Source of the DNA: Planctomycetota bacterium
Lineage (GTDB): Bacteria > Planctomycetota > UBA1135 > UBA2386
Reading direction: 5' to 3'
DNA: 64,000 bases
NCBI GenBank assembly: GCA_965223545.1
Contig: OZ245006.1
Coordinates: forward strand, 4,704,001-4,768,000
Program-made: the position numbers and the translations under genes
Notes under the pieces: model-generated
The model's database searches: none
What the model was told of the DNA's origin: nothing
The model's input: the letters and a program-made list of their open reading frames with translations, nothing else
Part shown: in pieces, positions 53,730 through 62,446 of the stretch
Layout of the letters: each line of letters opens with the position of its first letter
Numbering within the stretch: the first letter of the stretch is position 1

Positions 53730-56700
53730 ATGGATCGCGCGCGCTGGCTGGGCATCCGCGACCTGTACCACCGGGCTCTGGAGACGCCTGAGCCCGACCG
53801 CCTGGCCTGGCTGCGGCGTCAGGCCGTCGATGAGCGCCTGCGCCGTGAAGTCGAATCGCTGATCCAGGCGGACTTGCGGGCCGGGACGTTCCTCGAGCCT
53901 GTCTCGCTGCGCGGGCTCGGTGCCGCCGCTGGCGCCGCCTTTCCGGAGGTGTTGGCCGAGGGTGCGCGGGTCGGCAGCTATGAGATTCGCGGTGTCCTCG
54001 GGGCCGGCGGCATGGGAGTGGTCTACCTGGCCGAGCAACCCCATCCGCGCCGCTTGGTGGCGCTCAAGCTGATCCGGCCGGGCCTGGCCTCGCCGCGCAT
54101 GCTGCGGCGCTTCGAGCATGAGGCCGAGGTGCTCGGTCGGCTGCAGCACGCCGGGATCGGGCAGATCTTCGAGGCCGGCGTGCATCTGTCGGCCGGGCCG
54201 CACGGCGGCGAGGAAGTGGAGCAGCCGTTCTGCGCGATGGAGCACATCGAGGGCCCGGCGCTGACCCAGTACGCCATCCTCAACGAGCTCGACTTGGCTG
54301 CTCGCGCGCGGCTGTTCGTCCGCTTGTGCGAAGCCGTCGACCACGCGCACCGGCGCGGTGTGCTGCACCTCGACCTGAAGCCGAGCAACATCCTCGTCGT
54401 CGATGACGCACGCTATGGCGAACCGCAGCCCAAGGTGCTCGACTTCGGCGTGGCGCGCATCACGGACGCGCCGGACAAGGAGGTCGACGGCGGCTTCGTC
54501 GGCACGCCGGCCTACACCAGTCCCGAGCAGATCCCGCCCGTGGGTGTCGACCTGGACGCGCGCGCCGACGTTTTCAGTCTGGGGGTCGTGTTCCAGCAGC
54601 TGTGCTGCGGCAAGCTGCCGTACGAAGTCGCAGGGTTGTCGCCGGGCGAGATCTTCGCGTTGCGCCGGACCACGCCGGCGCGGCGGCTCCGGGCACTGGA
54701 CCCGCGCGCGCCGGCCGATCTCGATGCGATCGTGAGCAAGGCGCTGTCCATCGACCGCGACGCGCGCTACTCCAGCGCGCGCGAGCTCGCCGAAGACGTG
54801 CAGCGCTTTCTCGATCACCAGCCGGTCTTGTGTCGCGTCAACTCCTCCAGCTACCTGCTGCGCAAGCTGGTCGCCCGCCACCGCCTCGCAGCCGGGTTGG
54901 TGGCGCTCTTGCTGCTGGTGTTGGTCGGAGCGGTGGCCGTGATCCGTTGGCAGCGCGACGAGGCGCGTGTCGCTCGCGATGCCGCCGAGCAGGTCGCGGC
55001 GGTCATGGAGGGCGTGATCGTTGAGGTCGATCCGGACCGCGGCGGTAGCCGGCTGATGCGCAGCATGTTGGAGCGCAGCTCCGCTCTCCTCGATGGACGG
55101 CTGGACCAGTCGCCGGTGACGCGCGCCCGGTTGTTGGCGGCGATGGGCCGGGTGCACGGCAAGTTCCAGGAGTTCGATCGCGCCATCGCGCTGTACGAGG
55201 AGGCGGTTGCGCTCACCGACGCGGCATACGGCCGTGATCACTCGAGCATGGCGACAGTGCTGGCCGGCTTCGGGCAGGTGCTCGAGGCCGCCGGGCAGGA
55301 CGACGAAGCGGTCGCTCACCTGCGTGAAGCCCTGCGCATTCGGCGGACTCAGCTCGCGCCCGACGACCCATTGATCGCCGAGACCCACGCCAAGCTCGGG
55401 GCCGTTTATCACTACTCGGGTCAGGCCGACGCCGCAATCGAACAGCTGGAGGCGGCGTGCCGGGTCGCGCGGTCGCGGTTCGGCGACCAGTCCCCGGAGC
55501 ACGCGGAGCGAGAGGCTGATCTCGGCTTCTCGATGGTGATGAACGGCAGGCCGACGGAGGGGCTCGAGTTCCTGCAGCGCGCGCTGGTGGTGCAGCGGCG
55601 GACGGCCGGGCACGAGGAGAACATGCTGCGCACGATGCAGGGGGTGGCGCATGGGCTGCACGCCACCGGCCGCACGCGCGAGTGTGAGGAGGTGTTGGCC
55701 GAGCGGGCTGCGTTCGCCGAGGAGTTCTTCGATGTCGGCGATCCCCGTCTTGCCGGCATCCTACACGACTACGGCACGGTGTTGTCATGGCGCGACTTGG
55801 TCGCCGGCATTGCCGTGCTCGAGCGTGCCGTGCGGACGCGACGGCTGGCGTACGGCGATGGGCACCCCGAGGTCGCGCTCAGCCTGCAGAATCTGGCCGC
55901 GGCGGTGTCGAAGAGCGGCGACCACGCGCGCGCGGTGGAGCTGATGGAAAAGGCCGTGGAGTCACGCCGGGCCTTGGGTGAGTTGCGTTCGCTCAACGAC
56001 GCGCTGGTCAATCTCTCCCTCAACTACGTGCGCGCCGGGCGCCTCACCGACGCCGAGCGCACCGGCCGCGAGGCGCTCGAGAGTTTGCAGCGGGAGAGCC
56101 CGTTGCGGCCCGCGCGCATCGCGACCGCGCGCCAAAACTACGCCCAGGTGCTGATCGATAGCGGCGATCCTGCCGGTGCCGAACAGCAGCTGCGCGCCGC
56201 CCTCGAGGGCTATGACGAGGGCGACCACGCGCGGGGCGGAGTCATGAGTCTGCTGGCCGGATTGCGCCTGGCGGCGGGCGACTTCGGCGGATCGGTGGAG
56301 CTCTCCGACGCGGCCATCGAGATCTATCGCGCAGGGCAAGCGGATCCCTATGCGTTTGCGCACGTCCTGCTGGGCAGCGCGCGGGCGCGGATGGAGTCCG
56401 GTGACTTCGATACCGCGCGGGCGCACCTGGAGGAGGCGCAGCAGTTGGCCGAGAGTCTGGATCCGCGCGGAGCAGTAGTGGCCGCCGTGCTGCGCGCCCG
56501 CGCGCGGCTCGAGTGGGAGAGCGACGCCCCGCAGCGTGCGCGGGCGCTGCTCGCCGAAGTGGACCAGCTCGGCGTGGCCTCGCCCGCCGAGGGCTCGCTG
56601 GCGCAGGCCGACCTGCTGTTCTTGGCCGGCGCTCTGGCGCGCGCCGACGATCCCGACCTGGCGCTGGAGGCGCTGCAGTCGGCGCTGCGCATCTACGAGG

Positions 56701-56870
56701 ACGAGGCGCCGCGCGGGTGGCAGGTGGCGCGCGCCCGGCACGAGCTGTCGTACGTGCTGGTCGATCGCGGCGAGGTCGACGAGGGAGAGCAGCTGCGCCG
56801 TGCCGCGGCGGCCGAGCTGACGCGCATCTACGGCGCCGCGCACCGGTGGGGTGCCACCGATCGCCGGTAG
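53730..56870 (+). CDS. Ser/Thr protein kinase with TM segment and TPR repeats
   Basis: LGAGGMGVVY, VALK, HLDLKPSN, DFG and GTPAYTSPE; TPR repeats such as 'GDGHPEVALSLQNLA'. Starts 5 nt after the ECF stop. Confidence 0.93.
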   Translation: MDRARWLGIRDLYHRALETPEPDRLAWLRRQAVDERLRREVESLIQADLRAGTFLEPVSLRGLGAAAGAAFPEVLAEGARVGSYEIRGVLGAGGMGVVYLAEQPHPRRLVALKLIRPGLASPRMLRRFEHEAEVLGRLQHAGIGQIFEAGVHLSAGPHGGEEVEQPFCAMEHIEGPALTQYAILNELDLAARARLFVRLCEAVDHAHRRGVLHLDLKPSNILVVDDARYGEPQPKVLDFGVARITDAPDKEVDGGFVGTPAYTSPEQIPPVGVDLDARADVFSLGVVFQQLCCGKLPYEVAGLSPGEIFALRRTTPARRLRALDPRAPADLDAIVSKALSIDRDARYSSARELAEDVQRFLDHQPVLCRVNSSSYLLRKLVARHRLAAGLVALLLLVLVGAVAVIRWQRDEARVARDAAEQVAAVMEGVIVEVDPDRGGSRLMRSMLERSSALLDGRLDQSPVTRARLLAAMGRVHGKFQEFDRAIALYEEAVALTDAAYGRDHSSMATVLAGFGQVLEAAGQDDEAVAHLREALRIRRTQLAPDDPLIAETHAKLGAVYHYSGQADAAIEQLEAACRVARSRFGDQSPEHAEREADLGFSMVMNGRPTEGLEFLQRALVVQRRTAGHEENMLRTMQGVAHGLHATGRTRECEEVLAERAAFAEEFFDVGDPRLAGILHDYGTVLSWRDLVAGIAVLERAVRTRRLAYGDGHPEVALSLQNLAAAVSKSGDHARAVELMEKAVESRRALGELRSLNDALVNLSLNYVRAGRLTDAERTGREALESLQRESPLRPARIATARQNYAQVLIDSGDPAGAEQQLRAALEGYDEGDHARGGVMSLLAGLRLAAGDFGGSVELSDAAIEIYRAGQADPYAFAHVLLGSARARMESGDFDTARAHLEEAQQLAESLDPRGAVVAAVLRARARLEWESDAPQRARALLAEVDQLGVASPAEGSLAQADLLFLAGALARADDPDLALEALQSALRIYEDEAPRGWQVARARHELSYVLVDRGEVDEGEQLRRAAAAELTRIYGAAHRWGATDRR

Positions 56871-57143
56871 ACGCTGCGCACGGCGGGCTCTTGCCGGCCG
56901 GGGTGACCCATGGCAAGGTGGCGACCGTGTTGCTCAGGAACTTGGAGAGGCTCCTCGCCGGGATCGGCGAGGACGACCGCGTTCCGGGAGGGTTCGATCG
57001 ACGCGCGCGAGGTCGTGCAGATCTGCTGAATGCCGGGATGCGGCGCGCGGCGCCGATCGCCGGCAGGCGCTCAGCCGATCGCGGCGGGCGGACCGAGGTG
57101 CACTGCCGCGCGGACTGCGCGATCGAGCCGGTCGGCCGGTCGG

Positions 57144-59921
57144 TCACTGCACCACCGCGCCCGCCTGGCCCCGCAGCTGGCCGTCGGCATCGATCCACGA
57201 GTTGAGCACGATGCCGGTGATCGGGTCGGTGAGGCGCTGGATCAAGGTCGCGCCGAGCGGACCCGCCATCGCCGGATTCTGCGCGCCGGTGCGCAACGCC
57301 GCGCCGCCACCGGGGGCCAACAACACGTGGTTGCTGGAGCCGGTCGACGCGCCGCTGCCGTCGACGATGCGGTCGAGGTTGTAGAACACTCTGGCGGGGT
57401 CCCAGATGGATGCCGGCGCGACGCCATTGCAGCCGGCGCGGTTGACGTTGTTGTCGAGCGGGTTGGTCGGACAGCCGTTCTGATCGAACAGGAACAGACC
57501 GCTGCCGAGTCCGGCGACCATGTGCACCCAGAGCGGCGAGTCGAGCTGGTTGCTCGGGTTTTGGCCGAAGTGCTGGCGCAGCTGGTTGAAGTCGAGGCTG
57601 CTGAAGTCGCCGTTTGCCATCGCGGTGCGGAACGCGTCGTAGGCGGCACCGTGCGTGGCGAGCGCGTTGTCGGTGAGGTGGCACGCGACGCAGTAGCGCG
57701 GGCCCTCGTCGGTGGCAGTCACGCGGCCGCGGATCGAGTGCGCCATCATCGCGTTGTGGCTGAGCGATGGGTGCCCGGTCGCGGGGTTGGCGCCGCCGCC
57801 GTTGCGATCGGAGAACGCCATCGTCCGGCTGCGGTTGCCGTTGAGATCTTCGTAGGTGAAGAACGTCTTGGTGTTGGCGCAGACCTGCTCGATCCGGTTG
57901 CGCGGCCCCACTCCGAGCTGGAAGAACACCGGCGACTGGTAGACGAAGTCCGCCTCGCGCTCGCGGAACACGATGCGCTGGCCGGTGATGTTGCTGAAGT
58001 TGTTGCCGGTGTCGTAGTCGCCCTCGAGGTGGCAGCCCATGCAGGTGTTGGTCCACGCCGAGTGGCACGACGCGCAGCTCATGGTGTCCGCGTGGCTGAA
58101 ACCCGACGCCGCGACGCCGTTTTGCAACGGTCCGATGCCGGTGTTGGGGTCGCCGTCGGCGCGTCCCATCGCGTAGCTGGCGCGCGGGCTGTAGACCGGC
58201 TGGTTGTCGAACGGATCGCGCACGCCACTGTCGACCACGGTGTCGCGGGTTTGCGGCACGAAGTGGCGACGTCCGGTCACACGGCTCGTCAGGTAGAAGT
58301 GGCCGTCGCTCTCGCGCACGACGTGCGGCAGGGGGTTGCCGGCGGTGTCGACCGCGACCTGCGCGGCGGCGCCGGCGTAGGTCGTGCCGGCGACCGTGCT
58401 GGCGTGGCTGTCGACGCTGCCGTGGCAGCTCTCGCAGGCGATCGCCACCGCCTGCTCCATGCGGCTCAGGATGCGGTCGCCGGCTGGGTCGCCGGGAACG
58501 CCGCCGTGCAGGTCGTGGGTCCCGTGGCAGTCGATGCAGCCCATGCCGGCCTCGGCGTGCACGTCCGGCGGCGTGTCGTCCCGGCCGTCACCGTCGTAGT
58601 CCTCGAACGCGATGTACTGATGGTGATTGCGGCCGTTGAAGGTGCGGTTGCCGACGGCCGGATCGAACAGCCGAGTGTCGTCGCGGGTGTTGACGAAGGA
58701 CTGCGGGTTGGCCGGGTACTGCACCCCGTTGCGCAGATCCTGGTTTTGATCGAGTCGAATGCCCCAGTACTGCATCACCGTGCGGTTGGAACCCTGGTGG
58801 CAGCCGGCGCAGGTGTGATCGTCGATGCCCTCGATGCGTTCGCCGTTGGGCAGATCGCGGCGCACGCTGGCGATGCGGTGGGCGCGCACGTGGCTCAGCT
58901 CGGGCGGATCGATGTCGTCCGGGTCCAGCGGCTCGTCCTTGGGCACGTTGGGATCGAGGCTGCGGCTGCGGCCATCCAGGCTGTACGGCATGTGGCACGC
59001 CGTGCAACCCGACGAGCGGAAGTCACCGTAGCGGTTGTTGGCGCCGGCGCTGCCGAGGTGGCAGTCGCCACAGGTGAACGCCACTTGCTCCTGGTAGACG
59101 TGCGCCAGCGGCGAGTCGAGCTGCACCGAGTTGTCGGGGTTGAGGTAGTTGTGCAGCAGCAGCGCGTCGTAGTTCTGATTGCGGAACATGCTGTTCGGCG
59201 CTTCGACACCGTGCACGCTGTGCACCGGATACTCGGCCAGCCGGCCGACGCGGCCGACCTCTGCCGGGGCGCTGGCAAACATGTCGTCCTGCACCGCCCG
59301 GAAGCCGAGATCGGCGGCGGTGTCGTGGTAGAGGCCGCGGTTCTCGGCAACCTGGTTCTCGATGCCTGCGGCGTAGGTGGCGCCGGACAGGACGCCGGCT
59401 TCGGTCGCCAACAGGCTGTGCGCGACGGCGTCCGAGTGCGGAGCGTGGCATTGTCCGCATCCGCGGTTGGCTTGAGTGACGCGCAGATCGCCGGGGTTGA
59501 CGAACTGCAGGTAGTCGAGGGCCGTGTAGGTGACCCCGTTCACCGTGTAGTCCGGGTACTTGTCGACGCCGGTCAGGGTGAGGCGGTTGAAGTAGGCCTC
59601 GCGGTCGGTGCGCCACTGCTCGCGGTCGCCGATCTCGGGCGGCGGCGGCACGTGGCTCTGCGCGCGGTCGGCGCCATTGGGGTTGCCGCCGTGACAGGTG
59701 GTGCACTGCAGCTGCTCCGCGCCGGGGAAGGGATGAGGATCCTCGAGCCCGGGGCCGGCGTAATCGTCGGCCTGCGAGCCGTTGTGGCACTGCATGCATG
59801 ACTGCGCACTGGCGGCAAACTGCACCCGGCCGTCGGTGTCGCCGCAGCCGGTGAGCAGCGCGCCGGCCAGCAGCAGCGCGAGCCGCCCGGCCGGCAAGAG
59901 ACCAGAATCGATGTGCGTCAT
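57144..59921 (-). CDS. 11-heme cytochrome c lipoprotein (925 aa)
   Basis: Lipobox 'LLTGC'. CxxCH x11: CMQCH, CTTCH, CGQCH, CGDCH, CTACH, CAGCH, CIDCH, CESCH, CASCH, CMGCH, CVACH. GAGGA RBS. Confidence 0.92.
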   Translation of the reverse strand: MTHIDSGLLPAGRLALLLAGALLTGCGDTDGRVQFAASAQSCMQCHNGSQADDYAGPGLEDPHPFPGAEQLQCTTCHGGNPNGADRAQSHVPPPPEIGDREQWRTDREAYFNRLTLTGVDKYPDYTVNGVTYTALDYLQFVNPGDLRVTQANRGCGQCHAPHSDAVAHSLLATEAGVLSGATYAAGIENQVAENRGLYHDTAADLGFRAVQDDMFASAPAEVGRVGRLAEYPVHSVHGVEAPNSMFRNQNYDALLLHNYLNPDNSVQLDSPLAHVYQEQVAFTCGDCHLGSAGANNRYGDFRSSGCTACHMPYSLDGRSRSLDPNVPKDEPLDPDDIDPPELSHVRAHRIASVRRDLPNGERIEGIDDHTCAGCHQGSNRTVMQYWGIRLDQNQDLRNGVQYPANPQSFVNTRDDTRLFDPAVGNRTFNGRNHHQYIAFEDYDGDGRDDTPPDVHAEAGMGCIDCHGTHDLHGGVPGDPAGDRILSRMEQAVAIACESCHGSVDSHASTVAGTTYAGAAAQVAVDTAGNPLPHVVRESDGHFYLTSRVTGRRHFVPQTRDTVVDSGVRDPFDNQPVYSPRASYAMGRADGDPNTGIGPLQNGVAASGFSHADTMSCASCHSAWTNTCMGCHLEGDYDTGNNFSNITGQRIVFREREADFVYQSPVFFQLGVGPRNRIEQVCANTKTFFTYEDLNGNRSRTMAFSDRNGGGANPATGHPSLSHNAMMAHSIRGRVTATDEGPRYCVACHLTDNALATHGAAYDAFRTAMANGDFSSLDFNQLRQHFGQNPSNQLDSPLWVHMVAGLGSGLFLFDQNGCPTNPLDNNVNRAGCNGVAPASIWDPARVFYNLDRIVDGSGASTGSSNHVLLAPGGGAALRTGAQNPAMAGPLGATLIQRLTDPITGIVLNSWIDADGQLRGQAGAVVQ

Positions 59922-59984
59922 GGTCGTCCTCGATCGAGACCGCGCCGGCGGGCGCAGTGTCGGAGAATTGGACAGATCTTCTTC

Positions 59985-60000
59985 GGCAAGCCGTGCGCCG
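59985..60000 (-). promoter_or_regulatory. Possible sigma-54 promoter for the 11-heme cytochrome
   Basis: Minus strand CGGCGCACGGCTTGCC has GG-N10-GC spacing with TTGC, ~65 nt upstream of the ATG. The -24 box is imperfect. Confidence 0.35.
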
Positions 60001-60050
60001 CGCCTGTCCTCGCGCCCGCGCCGGGTCTCAGAGCGGGACCGCTCCAGTGT

Positions 60051-60719
60051 TCAGCGCACCCGAGCATGGCTCCAGCGGGTTTGAGGGTGGCAGCGATCGC
60101 ACCGCTGTACCCAGCCGAGCGGCACGTGCGGTGGGTTCTGCGTCGCGGCCGCGTCCAGCGCGTGGCAGGTCGAGCACTCGTGGTCGATCGGCTGGAAGTT
60201 GCCGACGAACGAGCCCGGGTGGCAGCGGTGGCAGGACACCGCCAGGTGGGCGCCGGTCAGCGGAAAGCGCGTGCGCGCGTGCAGCTCGATCTGCCCGGTG
60301 GGATGCCACGTTTGCTCGCCGTGGCAATCGGTGCAGGTCGGACCGAGATCGCCGGAGTGCACGTCCTCGTGGCATCCGGCGCAGCCGCGCGCGGCGAAGT
60401 CGGCCACCGGTCCGCGGTCGTTGTGACAGCGCAAGCACTGCGCCGTCGCATGCGCGCCGTGCAGCGCCACCCCGGTGTGCGCCTCGTGATCGAAGTCGAA
60501 GTCGTCGACCAGCTGGTGCCACGAATCGCCGACGTGGCACAGCGTGCAATCGCCGGGAAAGGTGTCGTGCGGTAGAACTGGCCCGAGGCCGCTCCACCAT
60601 CGATGCACCGCCGCGTCCGGTGTTCGCTGCACGGCGCAGGCGATGACCGTGTAGGCGATCGCCGCGGCGAGCATCGGCCAGCGCAGTCGGCGTCGAGGCG
60701 AGGGGTGGTTGTTGTGCAT
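60051..60719 (-). CDS. 7-heme cytochrome c, probable lipoprotein
   Basis: ATG 60719 follows GAGG; basic N-region, hydrophobic stretch and 'VIAC'. CxxCH x7: CTLCH, CLRCH, CAGCH, CTDCH, CHRCH, CSTCH, CDRCH. Confidence 0.9.
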   Translation of the reverse strand: MHNNHPSPRRRLRWPMLAAAIAYTVIACAVQRTPDAAVHRWWSGLGPVLPHDTFPGDCTLCHVGDSWHQLVDDFDFDHEAHTGVALHGAHATAQCLRCHNDRGPVADFAARGCAGCHEDVHSGDLGPTCTDCHGEQTWHPTGQIELHARTRFPLTGAHLAVSCHRCHPGSFVGNFQPIDHECSTCHALDAAATQNPPHVPLGWVQRCDRCHPQTRWSHARVR

Positions 60720-60730
60720 GGGTGCCTCGC

Positions 60731-62446
60731 TCAGAAGCTCCGGTCGACGTGGATGCCGACCGACCAAGAGGTGTCTTCGTCCCAGAACAAGGCCTGGGCC
60801 GACAGCGACAGCACCGCGCCGGCGGACAGCAAGAACGTGCGCGCGCAGTGCGCGCGGTGCTGGAACAAATCGTCGGCGTCGTCGTCGAAGCCGCGCAGAT
60901 GGTGGTGGGACAGCTCGTACAGCGCCTCCCACGAGCCGTTGTCGTCGTGCACGCCGTAGCGCACGCGGCTGCCGATCACCGACGAGAACTGTCCGGCGTT
61001 GCCGAAGACGGCCAGCTCCAGCCGACCCCGCTCGGACCACACGCCCTGTGCATCCACGCCGGTCTCGATCGCGGCGCCGTCGTCGTCCTCGTCGTCCCAA
61101 CCGCTGATGCTGAGCCGAACGCGACGGCCGGGCGAAGTGACGCGCCAACCGCTGAGCGTCAGCCGGTCATATCGATAGTCGCGCAGCTCGGGCGCGGTCG
61201 GCAGCGGCACGAACTCGACGCGCAGGATCTCGGGAAAGCGAACCCGCCGGTAGGTGGCGTCGATGCCGCTGCCGCTCTGCCAGCGGCGCGTCAGCGAGAC
61301 CAGCGCTTGGCTGATCTCGGGGCCACTCCCCTTGGTGTCGTCGCGGCCGTAGTAGAAGTCGACCCACGCGCTGGCGTGCGCCTGCCAGCCCTCGTCGGGC
61401 AGGTAGCGCGACTTGAGCACGACCAGGTCGCGGTCGGTCTTGCCGTGGTGCAGCGTCTTCTGGTACGCGGCCGCCGCCGTGAATCGCTCGCGCGTGTCCG
61501 CGGCCCATTGGTAGTAGATCGAGGCCTGCAGGTCGGCGAAGGAATCGAACTCGTCGTCGAGCTCGGGCAGGTAGCCGAAGCTGGCGCCGAACCGCTGGCC
61601 GTCGGCGCCGCGGTGGCTCACCTGGGCACCGTCGACGACCCCGAGCTCGGGGAGGTCGTCGTGCAAGAAGCGGCCCACCTGCCAGCGCGTCGGCTGAAAC
61701 CGGGTGCCGCCCCGGGCGTAGCTCAACCGGTGCGCCAGCAGGTCGAGGCCGTCGGTGTCGTCGTGCTCGGTCTTCGCCTCGAGCTCCGCGTCCAGGAACA
61801 GTGCGCCGCCGCGGCCGAACGGGTTCTCGATGTCGAACTCGACACCGGCCCGGGCGAAGCTGTTGTCGAACGAGTCGTAGCTGTTGTGATCGATCGCTCC
61901 CGCGAGAGCGACGCGGCCGCGCATCCGCCGCGGCCGCTCCGCCGGCCGCACCGGTCGCACCTGAGCCAGCAGCGGCATACCGGCCCGCCAGTCTGGGTCG
62001 CGGTTGGTCCAGCGCGGATCGCCGGCCTGCGGTGCATCGGGCGTGTCCGGAGCAGTGGGGGGCGGCGGGCGCGGGGTCGGGTCGTTGCGCGTGGGCGGCT
62101 GCGCCGACGGCGGGGGGGCGAGGCGCGAAGCCGGAATGCGTACCTGGCCGCGAGCCCCGACCGGCACGCGCGCGCCACTCTCGTGCAGCTCGACGATGGC
62201 GCTGCGCTCGGCCAGCTGGATCACCGTGCCGCGCAGCGTCGCACCGTCACGCGGCACGATCGTGATGATGTCGCCGTTCGCCAGCCCGTCGCGCTGGCCG
62301 CGGTCGATGATCACCTGGCCACCGGGTCGCGCCGCGGTGACGCGCAGCGCCAGCTCGTGCAGTGCGCCGGGCTGCTGCGCGCCGAGAACGGGGGCTGCCA
62401 GCGCGAGCAGCAGCAGACCGAGCCAGAGGTGAGCGGTGGGCGTCAT
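60731..62446 (-). CDS. Putative outer-membrane beta-barrel (porin) with an N-terminal soluble domain and Pro-rich linker
   Basis: Signal peptide 'LWLGLLLLALAAPVLGAQ'; amphipathic strands ('WQVGRF', 'RFGASFGY', 'WQAHASAWVDFY'); C-terminal beta-signal-like 'WSVGIHVDRSF'. ATGA-coupled to the upstream cytochrome. Confidence 0.75.
   Translation of the reverse strand: MTPTAHLWLGLLLLALAAPVLGAQQPGALHELALRVTAARPGGQVIIDRGQRDGLANGDIITIVPRDGATLRGTVIQLAERSAIVELHESGARVPVGARGQVRIPASRLAPPPSAQPPTRNDPTPRPPPPTAPDTPDAPQAGDPRWTNRDPDWRAGMPLLAQVRPVRPAERPRRMRGRVALAGAIDHNSYDSFDNSFARAGVEFDIENPFGRGGALFLDAELEAKTEHDDTDGLDLLAHRLSYARGGTRFQPTRWQVGRFLHDDLPELGVVDGAQVSHRGADGQRFGASFGYLPELDDEFDSFADLQASIYYQWAADTRERFTAAAAYQKTLHHGKTDRDLVVLKSRYLPDEGWQAHASAWVDFYYGRDDTKGSGPEISQALVSLTRRWQSGSGIDATYRRVRFPEILRVEFVPLPTAPELRDYRYDRLTLSGWRVTSPGRRVRLSISGWDDEDDDGAAIETGVDAQGVWSERGRLELAVFGNAGQFSSVIGSRVRYGVHDDNGSWEALYELSHHHLRGFDDDADDLFQHRAHCARTFLLSAGAVLSLSAQALFWDEDTSWSVGIHVDRSF

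Noticed and set aside
56871..57143. Small gene in the gap between the kinase and the 11-heme cytochrome
   Set aside because: No frame has a convincing start, RBS or recognisable protein features.
60051..62446. Assigning mtrA/mtrB (or dmsE/dmsF) symbols
   Set aside because: The cytochrome has 7 hemes and a lipobox rather than the MtrA decaheme pattern, and I cannot see MtrB-specific similarity in the barrel.
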